From the NCBI GenBank assembly GCA_039809385.1, contig JBDHUY010000003.1, positions 116,050-180,049 of the forward strand: DNA of 64,000 nucleotides, given 5' to 3'. Shown piece by piece: positions 31,784 to 41,429 of this stretch (its first letter is position 1; every line of letters begins with the position of its first letter). This DNA is from Candidatus Altimarinota bacterium. GTDB taxonomy: Bacteria > Patescibacteriota > Gracilibacteria > JBDHUY01. The notes under the pieces were generated by a model, which searched no databases, had not been told where the DNA came from, and was given only the letters and a program-made list of their open reading frames with translations. Position numbers and translations under genes: made by a program.

Positions 31784-33306
31784 ATGATCAACCCTCTCAT
31801 TCAACCGTTTCTCGATACAGTTGCAGATAAAACGATTCATATTGTCGGTGTTTCCGGAGCCGAAGGCAGTACGCTCGCCGCGTTTTTTATCAAATACGGG
31901 CTGGCGTCCCGAATAGTGGCACACGATTTTGTCGAATCGCAGCAATTTCGCGACACCTTTTTTTTCTACCACGACTGGATGGACGAGGCCGAAAAAGAAA
32001 CGTCTTTGCAAAGTCTTACCGGATCGGGCATGCGGTTTCATTTTAAAGAAGCGTATTTAACCGATATCGGAGAGGAAGATATCCTGTTTGTTCCCCAGTC
32101 GTGGTTTCGTTACGATTTTAATGCGCCGCTGCTGCCCTATTTTGATGCGAACCATCGCTTACTCGATACGTATGTCGATCGTGTCTATAGCTTGAGTCGT
32201 CTTTATCTGGAGCTTTTTCCGGGAAATACGATCGGTGTCACCGGTACCAAAGGAAAATCAACTACTACGGCGCTGATTGCCGCTATTTTGAAAACGTCAT
32301 TCGCGACGACACTAGGAGAAAAACGATTATTCTGGGGGGCAACGACCGGAAAAATCCCCAACCGCTGAGTGAGCTCGAGACCGCCCGTCCACAGGACGTC
32401 TTGTTGCTTGAACTGAGTAATCGTCAGCTGGTCTTCGGCTTGCGTAAAAGTCCTCATTGCGCCGTATTGACCAATATTCTGCCTAATCACCTTGATGACC
32501 ATGGTAATGTCGAAGCCTATATCGAGGCAAAATATGAGATCGCGCGCTATCAGGATGGAGACGATTTGTTTTTGCTGAACATCGACGATCCGCTTTCGGT
32601 CTTGTTGTCCTCACGAATTCCCGCTCAGGTTTCGCGTTATTCTTTGCAACAATCTTTCCCCACCGCAGATTATTGGACGGATCGCACATTTCTGTATCAC
32701 CGCGAAGAACGTATGGCTTCACTTGAAGATCTGCGACTTCTTGGAGAGCATAATGTCTTGAATGCTCTGGTTGCGGTAGCCGTAGCTTGTCAGAACGGAG
32801 CCGCGACTCCGGAAATACAGGAGACTCTCCGCTCTTTTGGAGGTTTGGAGCATCGCCTTGAAATGGTTGGACGTGTAAACGGTATCGATTTCATCAATGA
32901 CAGCGCTGGAACCAACCCACATAATGTTGATGTCGCAGTACGGTCCGTAGCGGAACGAAAGCACCTCATCATTGGCGGTACACGCGAAGGCTTTGTGAGT
33001 GGAGAGTTCCACCCGGCAGCGCGGGAGATTTTGAAATCAAATGTAGCTTCAATTTGGCTGATCGGGGATATGCGCCATAACATCCAAGCTGAATTTTTAT
33101 CCCAGGGAGTACCCGCTGAACTGATGCACATGGCAGAGAATATGGGGCTTGCTCTTGAAAAAGCTTTTGCCATGGCAAAGTCAGGTGATACAATCATTTT
33201 GGCTCCCGGCTGTGTCAGTTTTGGGGAATTTCGGGATTATCGGGAACGTGGCTTAAAATTTAAAGAGCTGGTGGCGCAGTTTGGAAAAGAACAGCTTTCT
33301 CCTTAA
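31784..33306 (+). CDS. murD: UDP-N-acetylmuramoyl-L-alanine--D-glutamate ligase, split by a single frameshift
   Basis: GVTGTKGKSTTT in frame 1; ILGGNDR..LLELS, NHLD.H, GLEHRLE, INDS, LAPGC.SF..F..Y.ERG..FK in frame 2; shift most simply placed at A5 (32319-23) or G6 (32334-39). Confidence 0.88.
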
Positions 33307-33419
33307 AGCCTGCTATGAAGACGAAGGGAATGTGAGTTTAGAATCAAGAAGTTAGAATCTAGGAGCTCCTTTTAGCTTTTCTAATCTTTTCTTTACTGCG
33401 TGCGTTGTAAAAACTTTTT

Positions 33420-33849
33420 TGCAGGATCAGATCTCCTGATCTGATATATATTTTTTACAAAACATTTAGGAAGAAGCGGATCTTTAAAAATCGCTATGGA
33501 TATTCACTTAAACTATGTAGAGCTGGCCTGAGACGAGCTGGTGACCGATATTATTTCCACTTCAACGTGATATATGTGTATCAGTTGATCTCAAAGCTCA
33601 AAATCCAAATGCCAAAATAAACTCAAATATCCAACATCAAACGTAGGAACCATGTATCATACATGCTTGTTATAGTTTTTTCGAATTTTGATATTTGGTA
33701 TTCTGTTGTGTTTTTGGCTTTCTATCAGCGTACCTATGTATTTTTCTATCATGTAGATTTGGAATTGGTATGAGAATACTACTTCATGTGTCTTGTAAAA
33801 GAGGATGTTTTGTAAAACAAAAAGACTAGGGCAGAGACCTGGTCCTTCA
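33420..33849. repeat. REPIN-like element with nested 7-nt-period element
   Basis: Same ends as 24928-25016; ttttacaaaacat/atgttttgtaaaa inner IR; heptamer arms at ~33590-33720. Confidence 0.7.
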
Positions 33850-33910
33850 TAGAAATTATTTTAATACATCGTCTTATAGATATATATTTATATATCTATG
33901 TTATCTATCA

Positions 33911-35335
33911 TTACATACTTAAAAAATACCGCGGCAGTTGATTCTTCACTTTCCTCGTTTGAAGATCCCAGAGTCCTATCCCTGCTGAAAAGCCTGCGTT
34001 TGTCACGAGTAAAACCTGCGTCGTGATTATGGCACGACTCTGTTCTTCACTCAGCTGGATATCCTGTCCGCTAAAAAACTGCCGAAATTGCTCGTCGTTC
34101 ATCGTAACCGTATTCTGGGTGGCATAGGGCGCGATCAGCCACGCTCCCTGGGGAAGGAGGCGTATCTGGCCGTTCGTTCCGACTTTTAGCAGCTCGGTGC
34201 CGCAGCGATCCACCCGTATATAGCGTCGCAGCACCGTATATTTCTCCGGCTTAATCCAGAGTGTTCCGTTGTGAAACGAGAAAAGAACCGATTCGAATAT
34301 CTCGGGCGGGATACCGTAGGTCTTTTTCAGATACGTCTCATATTGTTTTTTCTCTTTGTCTCGCAGGATCTTTTCGGTTGCCTCAAACCGTTCTTCTACG
34401 AGACGTCCCGGCGTGGTATCGTTTTTCTGGATTTTGCAGACGAAAAAACCGCCCGTGCCGGTTTTATGAGGAAAAATACGTAATGCTTCGGGCATATCGA
34501 AACCCGTAGAGACGCAATGCATTCCATCTCTACGGGTGGACGGCAAGATCTGCGCATTCCCTTTAAATCGCTCCAGGAGAAATGTCACAACCTCTTCGTT
34601 TTCTTCCGGCGCATACGTGCAGGTCGAATAAACCAGCGTTCCGCCCGGACGTAAGGCCTGAAACGCCGCGGCGATCAGACTTTTCTGTAATCCTGCATTT
34701 TTCCGAATGGTATGAATGCTCCAGTGTTGGAAAAAAATCGGATCTTTGAAACAGGTTCCTTCTCCTGAGCAGGGGGCATCCAGCAGGATTTTATCGAAAA
34801 AGTTGGGCAATCGGTCGTTAATCGTCTTTCCGTTCAGGTTCGTCATGCCAACATTCCAGCTGCCCTGACGTTCAATATTCGTCGCGATCGCTTTGGCCCG
34901 CGACGCCGAAAAATCGTTGGCCACGATCAGTCCGTTATTCTTCATTAAACACGATAATTGAGTCGTTTTGCTCCCCGGAGCGGCGGCCATATCCAAAACA
35001 ATATCTTTGCCCGTAGGTTGTAAGATTTCGGCCGGCAGCATGCTTGAAGCTTCCTGGATATAACAGAGTCCCAGGAGATGCTCGGGTGTTTTGCCCAGCG
35101 GCAGACTTTTATCCTCCCGTTCGACAAAGAAACCGGTGTCGCACCAGGGGACCGGCTGAAGCTGCCATTTTTGTTTTTGTACTTTTGCTCGAAACTGCTC
35201 CACCGAAATCAGGTTGGTGTTGACCCGGATACTTTTGCGTACTCCCTTAAATATGCTATCCAGAAAAGGATCGATATCCTGTCTCACAAGAGGAGCAAGT
35301 CTTTCCCGAAAAAGGGGCGGAGGGATCGTAGGCAT
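33911..35335 (-). CDS. rsmF: RsmF/NOL1/NOP2 family rRNA m5C methyltransferase
   Basis: QEASSM, LDMAAAPGSKTTQ, ILLDAPCSGEG, VYSTCT..PEENE. Confidence 0.88.
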   Translation of the reverse strand: MPTIPPPLFRERLAPLVRQDIDPFLDSIFKGVRKSIRVNTNLISVEQFRAKVQKQKWQLQPVPWCDTGFFVEREDKSLPLGKTPEHLLGLCYIQEASSMLPAEILQPTGKDIVLDMAAAPGSKTTQLSCLMKNNGLIVANDFSASRAKAIATNIERQGSWNVGMTNLNGKTINDRLPNFFDKILLDAPCSGEGTCFKDPIFFQHWSIHTIRKNAGLQKSLIAAAFQALRPGGTLVYSTCTYAPEENEEVVTFLLERFKGNAQILPSTRRDGMHCVSTGFDMPEALRIFPHKTGTGGFFVCKIQKNDTTPGRLVEERFEATEKILRDKEKKQYETYLKKTYGIPPEIFESVLFSFHNGTLWIKPEKYTVLRRYIRVDRCGTELLKVGTNGQIRLLPQGAWLIAPYATQNTVTMNDEQFRQFFSGQDIQLSEEQSRAIITTQVLLVTNAGFSAGIGLWDLQTRKVKNQLPRYFLSM

Positions 35336-35571
35336 TCGCACGAAGGATAATACATAAACAGTGTGAGCATAGGGTATTTCATACTGTGAATCAACGGGAA
35401 GGAACCGGTTTTATAAAATTGCATGGGGAAAATATTTTCGGAACCTCTTCCGGTATTGGATGTTATTATTCTCTATAATAAGCCAAAATAATAGAACACA
35501 CTTTGACAAAAAAAAAGGAAACTGTTAGTGTGGATGCGGTTTTTGACCGCTTATTACCCTTCAATCCGATC

Positions 35572-38463
35572 ATGGCTACCTCTAAAACCGGCAAGATTTC
35601 CAAACCGCTCAAGAAGAAACAAATTGCGTCTGCTCCTGCGAAGACCAATAAAACCCCTGCTTCCGGAAAAAAGGTCGCCGGTATGACACCTTTGGCCGGA
35701 AAGAGTATAGAAATTATGCAAAAAAACTCTCCCGAGGCTGCTTTGCGGCCGGAGCCCGGAAAGTCGCAACGGTCGGGAGCTCGTCCCGCTCAAAAAACAG
35801 CTGCGCATTCTAAAGGAATCATACAGAAAGGAACGAAAAAATCCGATATGGCGCGCGCCTACGATCCGGCCCATGTCGAAACGCGCCTGTATAAAAATTG
35901 GATCGAGAACGATACCTTTGTGCCCAGACCTTCCAAATCAGGCAAGCGATTTGTAGTGCCGATTCCTCCTCCCAACGTGACCGGCAATTTACATTTAGGC
36001 CATGCCATGTTTCTGACGCTTCAAGACCTGATGACCCGGTTTCACCGTATGCTGGGAGAAGAGACGCTCTATCTTCCCGGAACCGATCATGCCGGTATTT
36101 CCACGCAGATGGTGGTGGAAAAACATTTGGCCAAAGAAGGCAAAACGCGCGAACAACTGGGGCGCGAAAAGTTTCTTGACAGCGCCTGGCAGTGGAAAGA
36201 AAAATACCGCGATATCATCCTCGACCAGATCCGTCGTATGGGAACGAGCTGTGACTGGAGCAGAGAGCGTTTTACGATGGATCCGGGCATGAACCGCGCG
36301 GTGCGCAAAGTATTTGTCGATCTGTATAACGAAGGACTTATTTACCGCGACAAATACCTGGTGAACTGGTGTCCGCGTTGCAAAACCGTGCTCTCCGATC
36401 TGGAAGTGAATTATAAAGAAGAGACGACCAAAATGGTGTCGATCCGTTATTTCGTCAAAGCTGCCGACAAATCGATCATCGTTTCCACCGTGCGTCCCGA
36501 AACGATGCTCGGCGATACTGCCGTAGCCCTGCATCCGGATGACAAACGCTACAAAGAGTTTCACGGGAAGACCCTGATCCTCCCTATTCTCAACCGCGAA
36601 ATTCCGATCATCCTCGACGAAGCGGTCGATATGAACTTTGGTTCGGGGGCGGTCAAAGTAACGCCGGCACACGATCTGACCGACTACGAGATGTATAAAC
36701 GACATCATCTCGAAATTATTTCGGTAATTGGCAAAGACGGAAAAATGGCTCGCTCAGCCGGCAAATACGCTGGGTTGAGTGTAGAACAGGCACGCGAAAA
36801 TATTACCGAATATTTACGTAATATCGGTAATCTCGAAGATATCCAAGAATATGTCCACAATGTGGCCCGCTGCGAACGTTGCGATACCAAGCTCGAACCG
36901 TATCTTTCGGAGCAGTGGTTTGTCAGAATGCGTCCCCTGGCCGAAGAGACCCTGGACCAAATGAAAAAAGAAAAGCTGACCTTCGTACCCGACCGGTTTG
37001 AGAAAGTATTTATGGACTGGCTGCATAATGTGCATGACTGGTGCATCTCCCGTCAACTCTGGTGGGGGCATCAGATTCCGGCTTACTATTGCGATCAATG
37101 CGCCGATATCGTTGTATCCGAGGATCCGGTCCAGACCTGTCCGAAATGTAAGAAAGGATCGTTACGCCAGGACGAGGATGTGCTGGATACCTGGTTCTCA
37201 TCCGCGCTGTGGCCGTTTTCGACCCTTGGTTGGCCGCTCAAGACCGAAGATTTGCAGAAATTCTATCCGGCCAGTGTCCTGGAAACCGGCTATGACATTA
37301 TCTTTTTTTGGGTGATGCGTATGGTTTTCATGAGTACGCACTTTATGAAAAAACTGCCGTTTCATACGGTCTACCTGCACGGTCTGGTGCGCGACGAGCA
37401 GGGACGCAAAATGAGCAAATCGAAAGGGATCGGTCTAGACCCGCTCGAAGTGATCAAAAAATATGGCGCCGATGCCCTCAGACTTAGTCTCAGCGTCGGT
37501 ATTACTCCGGGAAACGATGTCCGCCTTTCGCTCGGTAAAGTGGAGGGAAACCGTAACTTTGTCAACAAGCTCTGGAATGCCTCGCGTTTTATTGTTCTCA
37601 ACCTCGAGAAGACCGATACGGTTTTGGAGGTCGAGACTCGTTTGACGAAGCGATTCAAAAACCTTTCTTCGCCGTCTCGCTGGATATTGACTCGCACGCA
37701 GCAGATGATTCAAAAGGTTACTGACGATCTGTCTCAATATCGTTTCGGGGAAGCCGGTACTTCGTTGTACGAATACACCTGGGGTGAATTCTGCGACTGG
37801 TATATCGAAATTGCCAAGACCGATCTGAACGATGATACTAAAGATATTTTACTCTACTGCATGTTGACCATGCTGAAACTGTGGCATCCGTTTATTCCGT
37901 TCATTACCGAAGAACTATGGTCATCTTTTGACCAGCCATCCCAGCTGATCATTGCCGACTGGCCTATGTCCAATAAAGCTTTAATCGATGCCAAAAACTT
38001 GGAAGATATTCGTCTGGCTTTTGATCTGGTCACCGGTATCCGCAATTTGCGTGCCGAAAAAAATATCGAGCCGCATCGCCGTGTTCCCATTGTGATCTTC
38101 GCCCATGCCAACACCGATCTGGTCAAATCATATGCTTCGATTATCCAGGCTTTGGCGAAAGTCGAAACTCTTACGATCCAGAAAGAAGGAACGCTTAAAG
38201 AACAGTCGGTGAGTCAGAATGTGGAAGGTATGGAGGTCTATATGCCTTTGGCAGGACTGATCGATCTGGAAGCGGAGCGCAAGAAACTGCAGGCCGAGAT
38301 CGAACAGAAAACCAAGTTCATCGCTTCTCTGGAACGGAAACTGAAAAATGAGGACTTCTTGAGCAAAGCCCCCAAAGCCATTATCGAGTCGGACCGGGCC
38401 AGACTGGCGAAAGAAAAAGAAGTATTGAGAACGCTTAAAGTGCAGTTGGAGAAAATTTCATAA
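35572..38463 (+). CDS. valS: Valine--tRNA ligase with Lys-rich N-terminal extension
   Basis: PPPNVTGNLHLGH, DWCISRQLWWGH, DTWFSS, KMSKS, C-terminal coiled coil. Confidence 0.97.
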   Translation: MATSKTGKISKPLKKKQIASAPAKTNKTPASGKKVAGMTPLAGKSIEIMQKNSPEAALRPEPGKSQRSGARPAQKTAAHSKGIIQKGTKKSDMARAYDPAHVETRLYKNWIENDTFVPRPSKSGKRFVVPIPPPNVTGNLHLGHAMFLTLQDLMTRFHRMLGEETLYLPGTDHAGISTQMVVEKHLAKEGKTREQLGREKFLDSAWQWKEKYRDIILDQIRRMGTSCDWSRERFTMDPGMNRAVRKVFVDLYNEGLIYRDKYLVNWCPRCKTVLSDLEVNYKEETTKMVSIRYFVKAADKSIIVSTVRPETMLGDTAVALHPDDKRYKEFHGKTLILPILNREIPIILDEAVDMNFGSGAVKVTPAHDLTDYEMYKRHHLEIISVIGKDGKMARSAGKYAGLSVEQARENITEYLRNIGNLEDIQEYVHNVARCERCDTKLEPYLSEQWFVRMRPLAEETLDQMKKEKLTFVPDRFEKVFMDWLHNVHDWCISRQLWWGHQIPAYYCDQCADIVVSEDPVQTCPKCKKGSLRQDEDVLDTWFSSALWPFSTLGWPLKTEDLQKFYPASVLETGYDIIFFWVMRMVFMSTHFMKKLPFHTVYLHGLVRDEQGRKMSKSKGIGLDPLEVIKKYGADALRLSLSVGITPGNDVRLSLGKVEGNRNFVNKLWNASRFIVLNLEKTDTVLEVETRLTKRFKNLSSPSRWILTRTQQMIQKVTDDLSQYRFGEAGTSLYEYTWGEFCDWYIEIAKTDLNDDTKDILLYCMLTMLKLWHPFIPFITEELWSSFDQPSQLIIADWPMSNKALIDAKNLEDIRLAFDLVTGIRNLRAEKNIEPHRRVPIVIFAHANTDLVKSYASIIQALAKVETLTIQKEGTLKEQSVSQNVEGMEVYMPLAGLIDLEAERKKLQAEIEQKTKFIASLERKLKNEDFLSKAPKAIIESDRARLAKEKEVLRTLKVQLEKIS

Positions 38464-38489
38464 GGGTCGTACTTCAACCCTTGACCGGT

Positions 38490-39110
38490 ATGCTTGTATT
38501 TATTGACGAGTCCGGAGATACCGGACTGAAAAAGCCGGAATCCAGTCGTTTTTTCATAATGACTCTCGCGCTCTTCGATGAGAACGAAGTTGCTCTCGAT
38601 TGCGACAAGATGATTGATTTTCTGAGGAAAGAACTTAACCTCCCCGAGAATTATGAGTTTCACTTTGGTAATAATTCTGAGCGGGTACGCCGAGAATTTC
38701 TGAAGGCAATCAAATCCTACTCATTTTTCTATTTTGCAGTTGTGGTCTAAAAAGGAAAATTAAGAGGAGCGGAATTTAACATCAAGAAGACTTTCTATAA
38801 ATACGCTTCCAAGCTGTTGTTTTTAAGCGCGCCTCCTTATTTGAAAAATGCCATTGTCATTCTGGATAAATGCGGCTCTCCGGATTTTCGTAACGAACTG
38901 GCTGCCTATTTGAGAAGCAATTTGAATCGTCTCGATTATCCCGTTATCAAGAAAATAAAACAGCAGGATTCCCGTAAAAATAACCTGATTCAGGTGGCTG
39001 ATTATATTTCCGGTATTTTGGCTCGAAAGTATCAGGAGAAGCAGGATTGGTTTTCTTACTATCAGTATATTGCCGATAAACAACTTTCGGTTCAGTTGAT
39101 ACCCGATTGA
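38490..39110 (+). pseudogene. DUF3800 family protein interrupted by an in-frame TAA (38748-50)
   Basis: MLVFIDESGD N-terminus and DS....LIQVADYI.G C-terminus; both ORF halves are in the same frame. Confidence 0.85.
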
Positions 39111-39118
39111 TCATACTT

Positions 39119-39178
39119 AAAAACCACACCTTACCCGCAAGGGGACGCGCGGATAAACCGCCCTATTTGGTGTGGTTT
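39119..39178. ncRNA. Structured RNA downstream of DUF3800 (DUF3800-motif-like)
   Basis: Perfect 10-bp closing stem aaaccacacc/ggtgtggttt enclosing ccc-gcaa-ggg and gcgg-ataaa-ccgc hairpins. Confidence 0.7.
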
Positions 39179-39191
39179 CATTTCCAGCTTC

Positions 39192-39220
39192 ATTATACTG
39201 CCAGGATTCATAAAAAACAA
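39192..39220 (-). promoter_or_regulatory. Sigma70 promoter pointing into the structured RNA
   Basis: TTGTTT-N17-TATAAT on the minus strand. Confidence 0.6.
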
Positions 39221-39243
39221 TCTTTGTCCTCTTTTTAACTCCA

Positions 39244-40827
39244 TTAGATCTTCCTCACGACGATCATCGTCATATCGTCAAATTGGGGATAATTGCCGGT
39301 GAATGCTTTTACCTGGGCGATGATCTCATCGTAGATGGCCTGGGCGGTCGGCTCGCGGGCGCTCTCTTTGACCATCTCGCCGAAGCGGTCGAATCCCAGA
39401 ATTTCGCGGGTTTCGTCGGTTTCACCCCGGAAACTCTCAGGATATCCGTCGGTAAAAAGTACCACCACGTCACCCGGTTCCATTTTGATTTCTACTTCTT
39501 TCAGAATCTTGGAAATATCCGGAATCATACCCAACGCCATGCCGCCTTTCATGCCCTTGGTGACCGTCTGGTCGGCAGCGCGAAAATAAAACAGCGGGTC
39601 GTGGCCGGCCTGGGTATAAGTAAATACGCTTTTGGCCGGATCCCAGCTGGCCATGAGCACCGTCATAAACATATCTTTGGCTGTCTTGTGCTGCAGGATC
39701 GAGTTGGTGTGGGCGAGGATGTCTTTGGGGTGATCGAAAATTTTGGAATACGAATAGATCAGCGAATTCGCCATCGACACCACCAGTCCCGAGGGCACAC
39801 CGTGGCCGGTGACATCGCCAATATACAGCAGATTTTTTTCTCCCGGCATTTCGATAAAGTCGAAACAGTCACCACCCACTTCCTGAGCCGGGATAACGCC
39901 TGCTGCCAGGTCCAATCCGGGCATGGCTTTGACTTTCGGTAACAGATTTTGCTGAATACCCCGGGCGATTTCCAGCTCTTTCCCGATACGTTCCTGCTCG
40001 ATCAGGGCTTCGGTGCTTTTTTTCAAATCCACCGTCATTTTATTGAACGTATCGCCCAGCAATTTAAGTTCGTCTTTGGTTTTTATGGTCACGCTCACAT
40101 CCAGATTGCCTTTTCCTACCTCGACCGCGCCGCGCATGAGTTCGCGGATCGGACGTACGATACGGCCGGCGAGCGAACGGGCAATGATAATCCCAACCAG
40201 CGCCGAAACGAATAACAGGATCAGGATACTCAACATGGTCTGCATGACCCGTTCGTCCAAGTTGCGATAGGATAGGCTGTAGAGAACCCGATAGGTTTCG
40301 TCTACCGGAAAGAGAATCGTTTGGATGCGCTCTCCGGCCTGCACCTCACGCTGGGGTTGCTCGTTTTTCGTCACTGCTGTAAACCCCCCCGTCTCGTTGG
40401 CTTTCAGATAGACATTTTCCTGATTATCTTTGACGACCGAGGGTTTGACGTCTTGGATTCTTTGGATAAGCGCCGGGTCGGTCAGTTTACGGACCTCTCC
40501 TTTGTACTGCAGATTCCGTTCAGTCTCGGAGTCATAGACTACGTCTCCGGCATAGTTAATGACCTTAATCTGCGAGACGTCCGGGTTGAGCGCAAAGATC
40601 GATTCCATGTCCCGGACGAAGTACGAGTAGCTGTTTGATAAATAGAACTGCTTGAACAGGTCGACTATTTTGCCCGAACTGAGCTGGGCGAAGTTCAGGC
40701 CGTTTTTATAGATATCCGAAGTCAATTCCTTTATTTTCCGGTCGATCAGTACATACCCGGTGGCGGCCAGGATACAGATGATCAGCAGGGAAATAGCGAC
40801 GATGAGTTTGGAACGGAGAGACTTCAT
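39244..40827 (-). CDS. Membrane sensor PP2C/SpoIIE (RsbU-like) phosphatase with HAMP domain
   Basis: Two TMs with an extracellular domain, HAMP (RPI..L......G.GNL...DEL..L...FN.M), VGGDCFD, GDVTGHG, LFTDG, DDMT. Confidence 0.92.
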   Translation of the reverse strand: MKSLRSKLIVAISLLIICILAATGYVLIDRKIKELTSDIYKNGLNFAQLSSGKIVDLFKQFYLSNSYSYFVRDMESIFALNPDVSQIKVINYAGDVVYDSETERNLQYKGEVRKLTDPALIQRIQDVKPSVVKDNQENVYLKANETGGFTAVTKNEQPQREVQAGERIQTILFPVDETYRVLYSLSYRNLDERVMQTMLSILILLFVSALVGIIIARSLAGRIVRPIRELMRGAVEVGKGNLDVSVTIKTKDELKLLGDTFNKMTVDLKKSTEALIEQERIGKELEIARGIQQNLLPKVKAMPGLDLAAGVIPAQEVGGDCFDFIEMPGEKNLLYIGDVTGHGVPSGLVVSMANSLIYSYSKIFDHPKDILAHTNSILQHKTAKDMFMTVLMASWDPAKSVFTYTQAGHDPLFYFRAADQTVTKGMKGGMALGMIPDISKILKEVEIKMEPGDVVVLFTDGYPESFRGETDETREILGFDRFGEMVKESAREPTAQAIYDEIIAQVKAFTGNYPQFDDMTMIVVRKI

Positions 40828-40943
40828 AAGGGGGGGAGGGAGTTGGGAGAACGGAGTAAGAAGTGTCCGAATTGTCAGTCTATCTCAAAACAGTTTTATA
40901 TAATAAGCACCTTCTGTCTGTAAAATTCACGTGCTATCCAGTA

Positions 40944-41405
40944 TTATTTTAGATTGCGTAGCTCACTGCTTGATTCCAAACGTAATTCAGGATCTCTTTC
41001 GAATTCTAATTCGATCAATTCAACTAGTCCCGACTTGGCTAAATCGGCTAATTCCTTGGCGGAAAAGAGATAATTGTCGGCCAGAATCGGGTGTTTATTG
41101 GGAGCCATATGTTGTTGTCCTCTATGGTGACGTAACGCTTCTGTCTCATCTATTTCAATCACTAATACAAATCCTTTTTCTCCGGCAAAGTCTCGGGCAA
41201 TTTGTTCCTGATCCGTAAAGTACTGAGGCTGAGCGATTCTGCGCAGTTCGTTCAAGCGTGGTAATTCCTTAAATGCTCGAAAATACTCAAATAACCCCGT
41301 TGTTTTTGACAAAATTTCCGATCTTTGTTCAAGTATCTCTAATTCTGTCTCAGATTGGGATAAGTAGAATTTTGGTCGTTGTTTGAAACCGCGATAGAGT
41401 TTCAT
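40944..41405 (-). CDS. Hypothetical protein, possibly ADP-ribosyltransferase-like
   Basis: KLYRG ... YFTD...A..FA..G.VL.IEI pattern; AT-rich. Confidence 0.45.
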   Translation of the reverse strand: MKLYRGFKQRPKFYLSQSETELEILEQRSEILSKTTGLFEYFRAFKELPRLNELRRIAQPQYFTDQEQIARDFAGEKGFVLVIEIDETEALRHHRGQQHMAPNKHPILADNYLFSAKELADLAKSGLVELIELEFERDPELRLESSSELRNLK

Positions 41406-41429
41406 TGAGAAAAAAGAACGGATACGTAG

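Noticed and set aside
35342-35571. T-box leader for valS
   Set aside because: No AAGGTGGTACC-like T-box or terminator; the gap is short and divergent
38748-38750. Programmed readthrough (Sec/Pyl) in DUF3800
   Set aside because: The codon is TAA, which is used as a normal stop throughout
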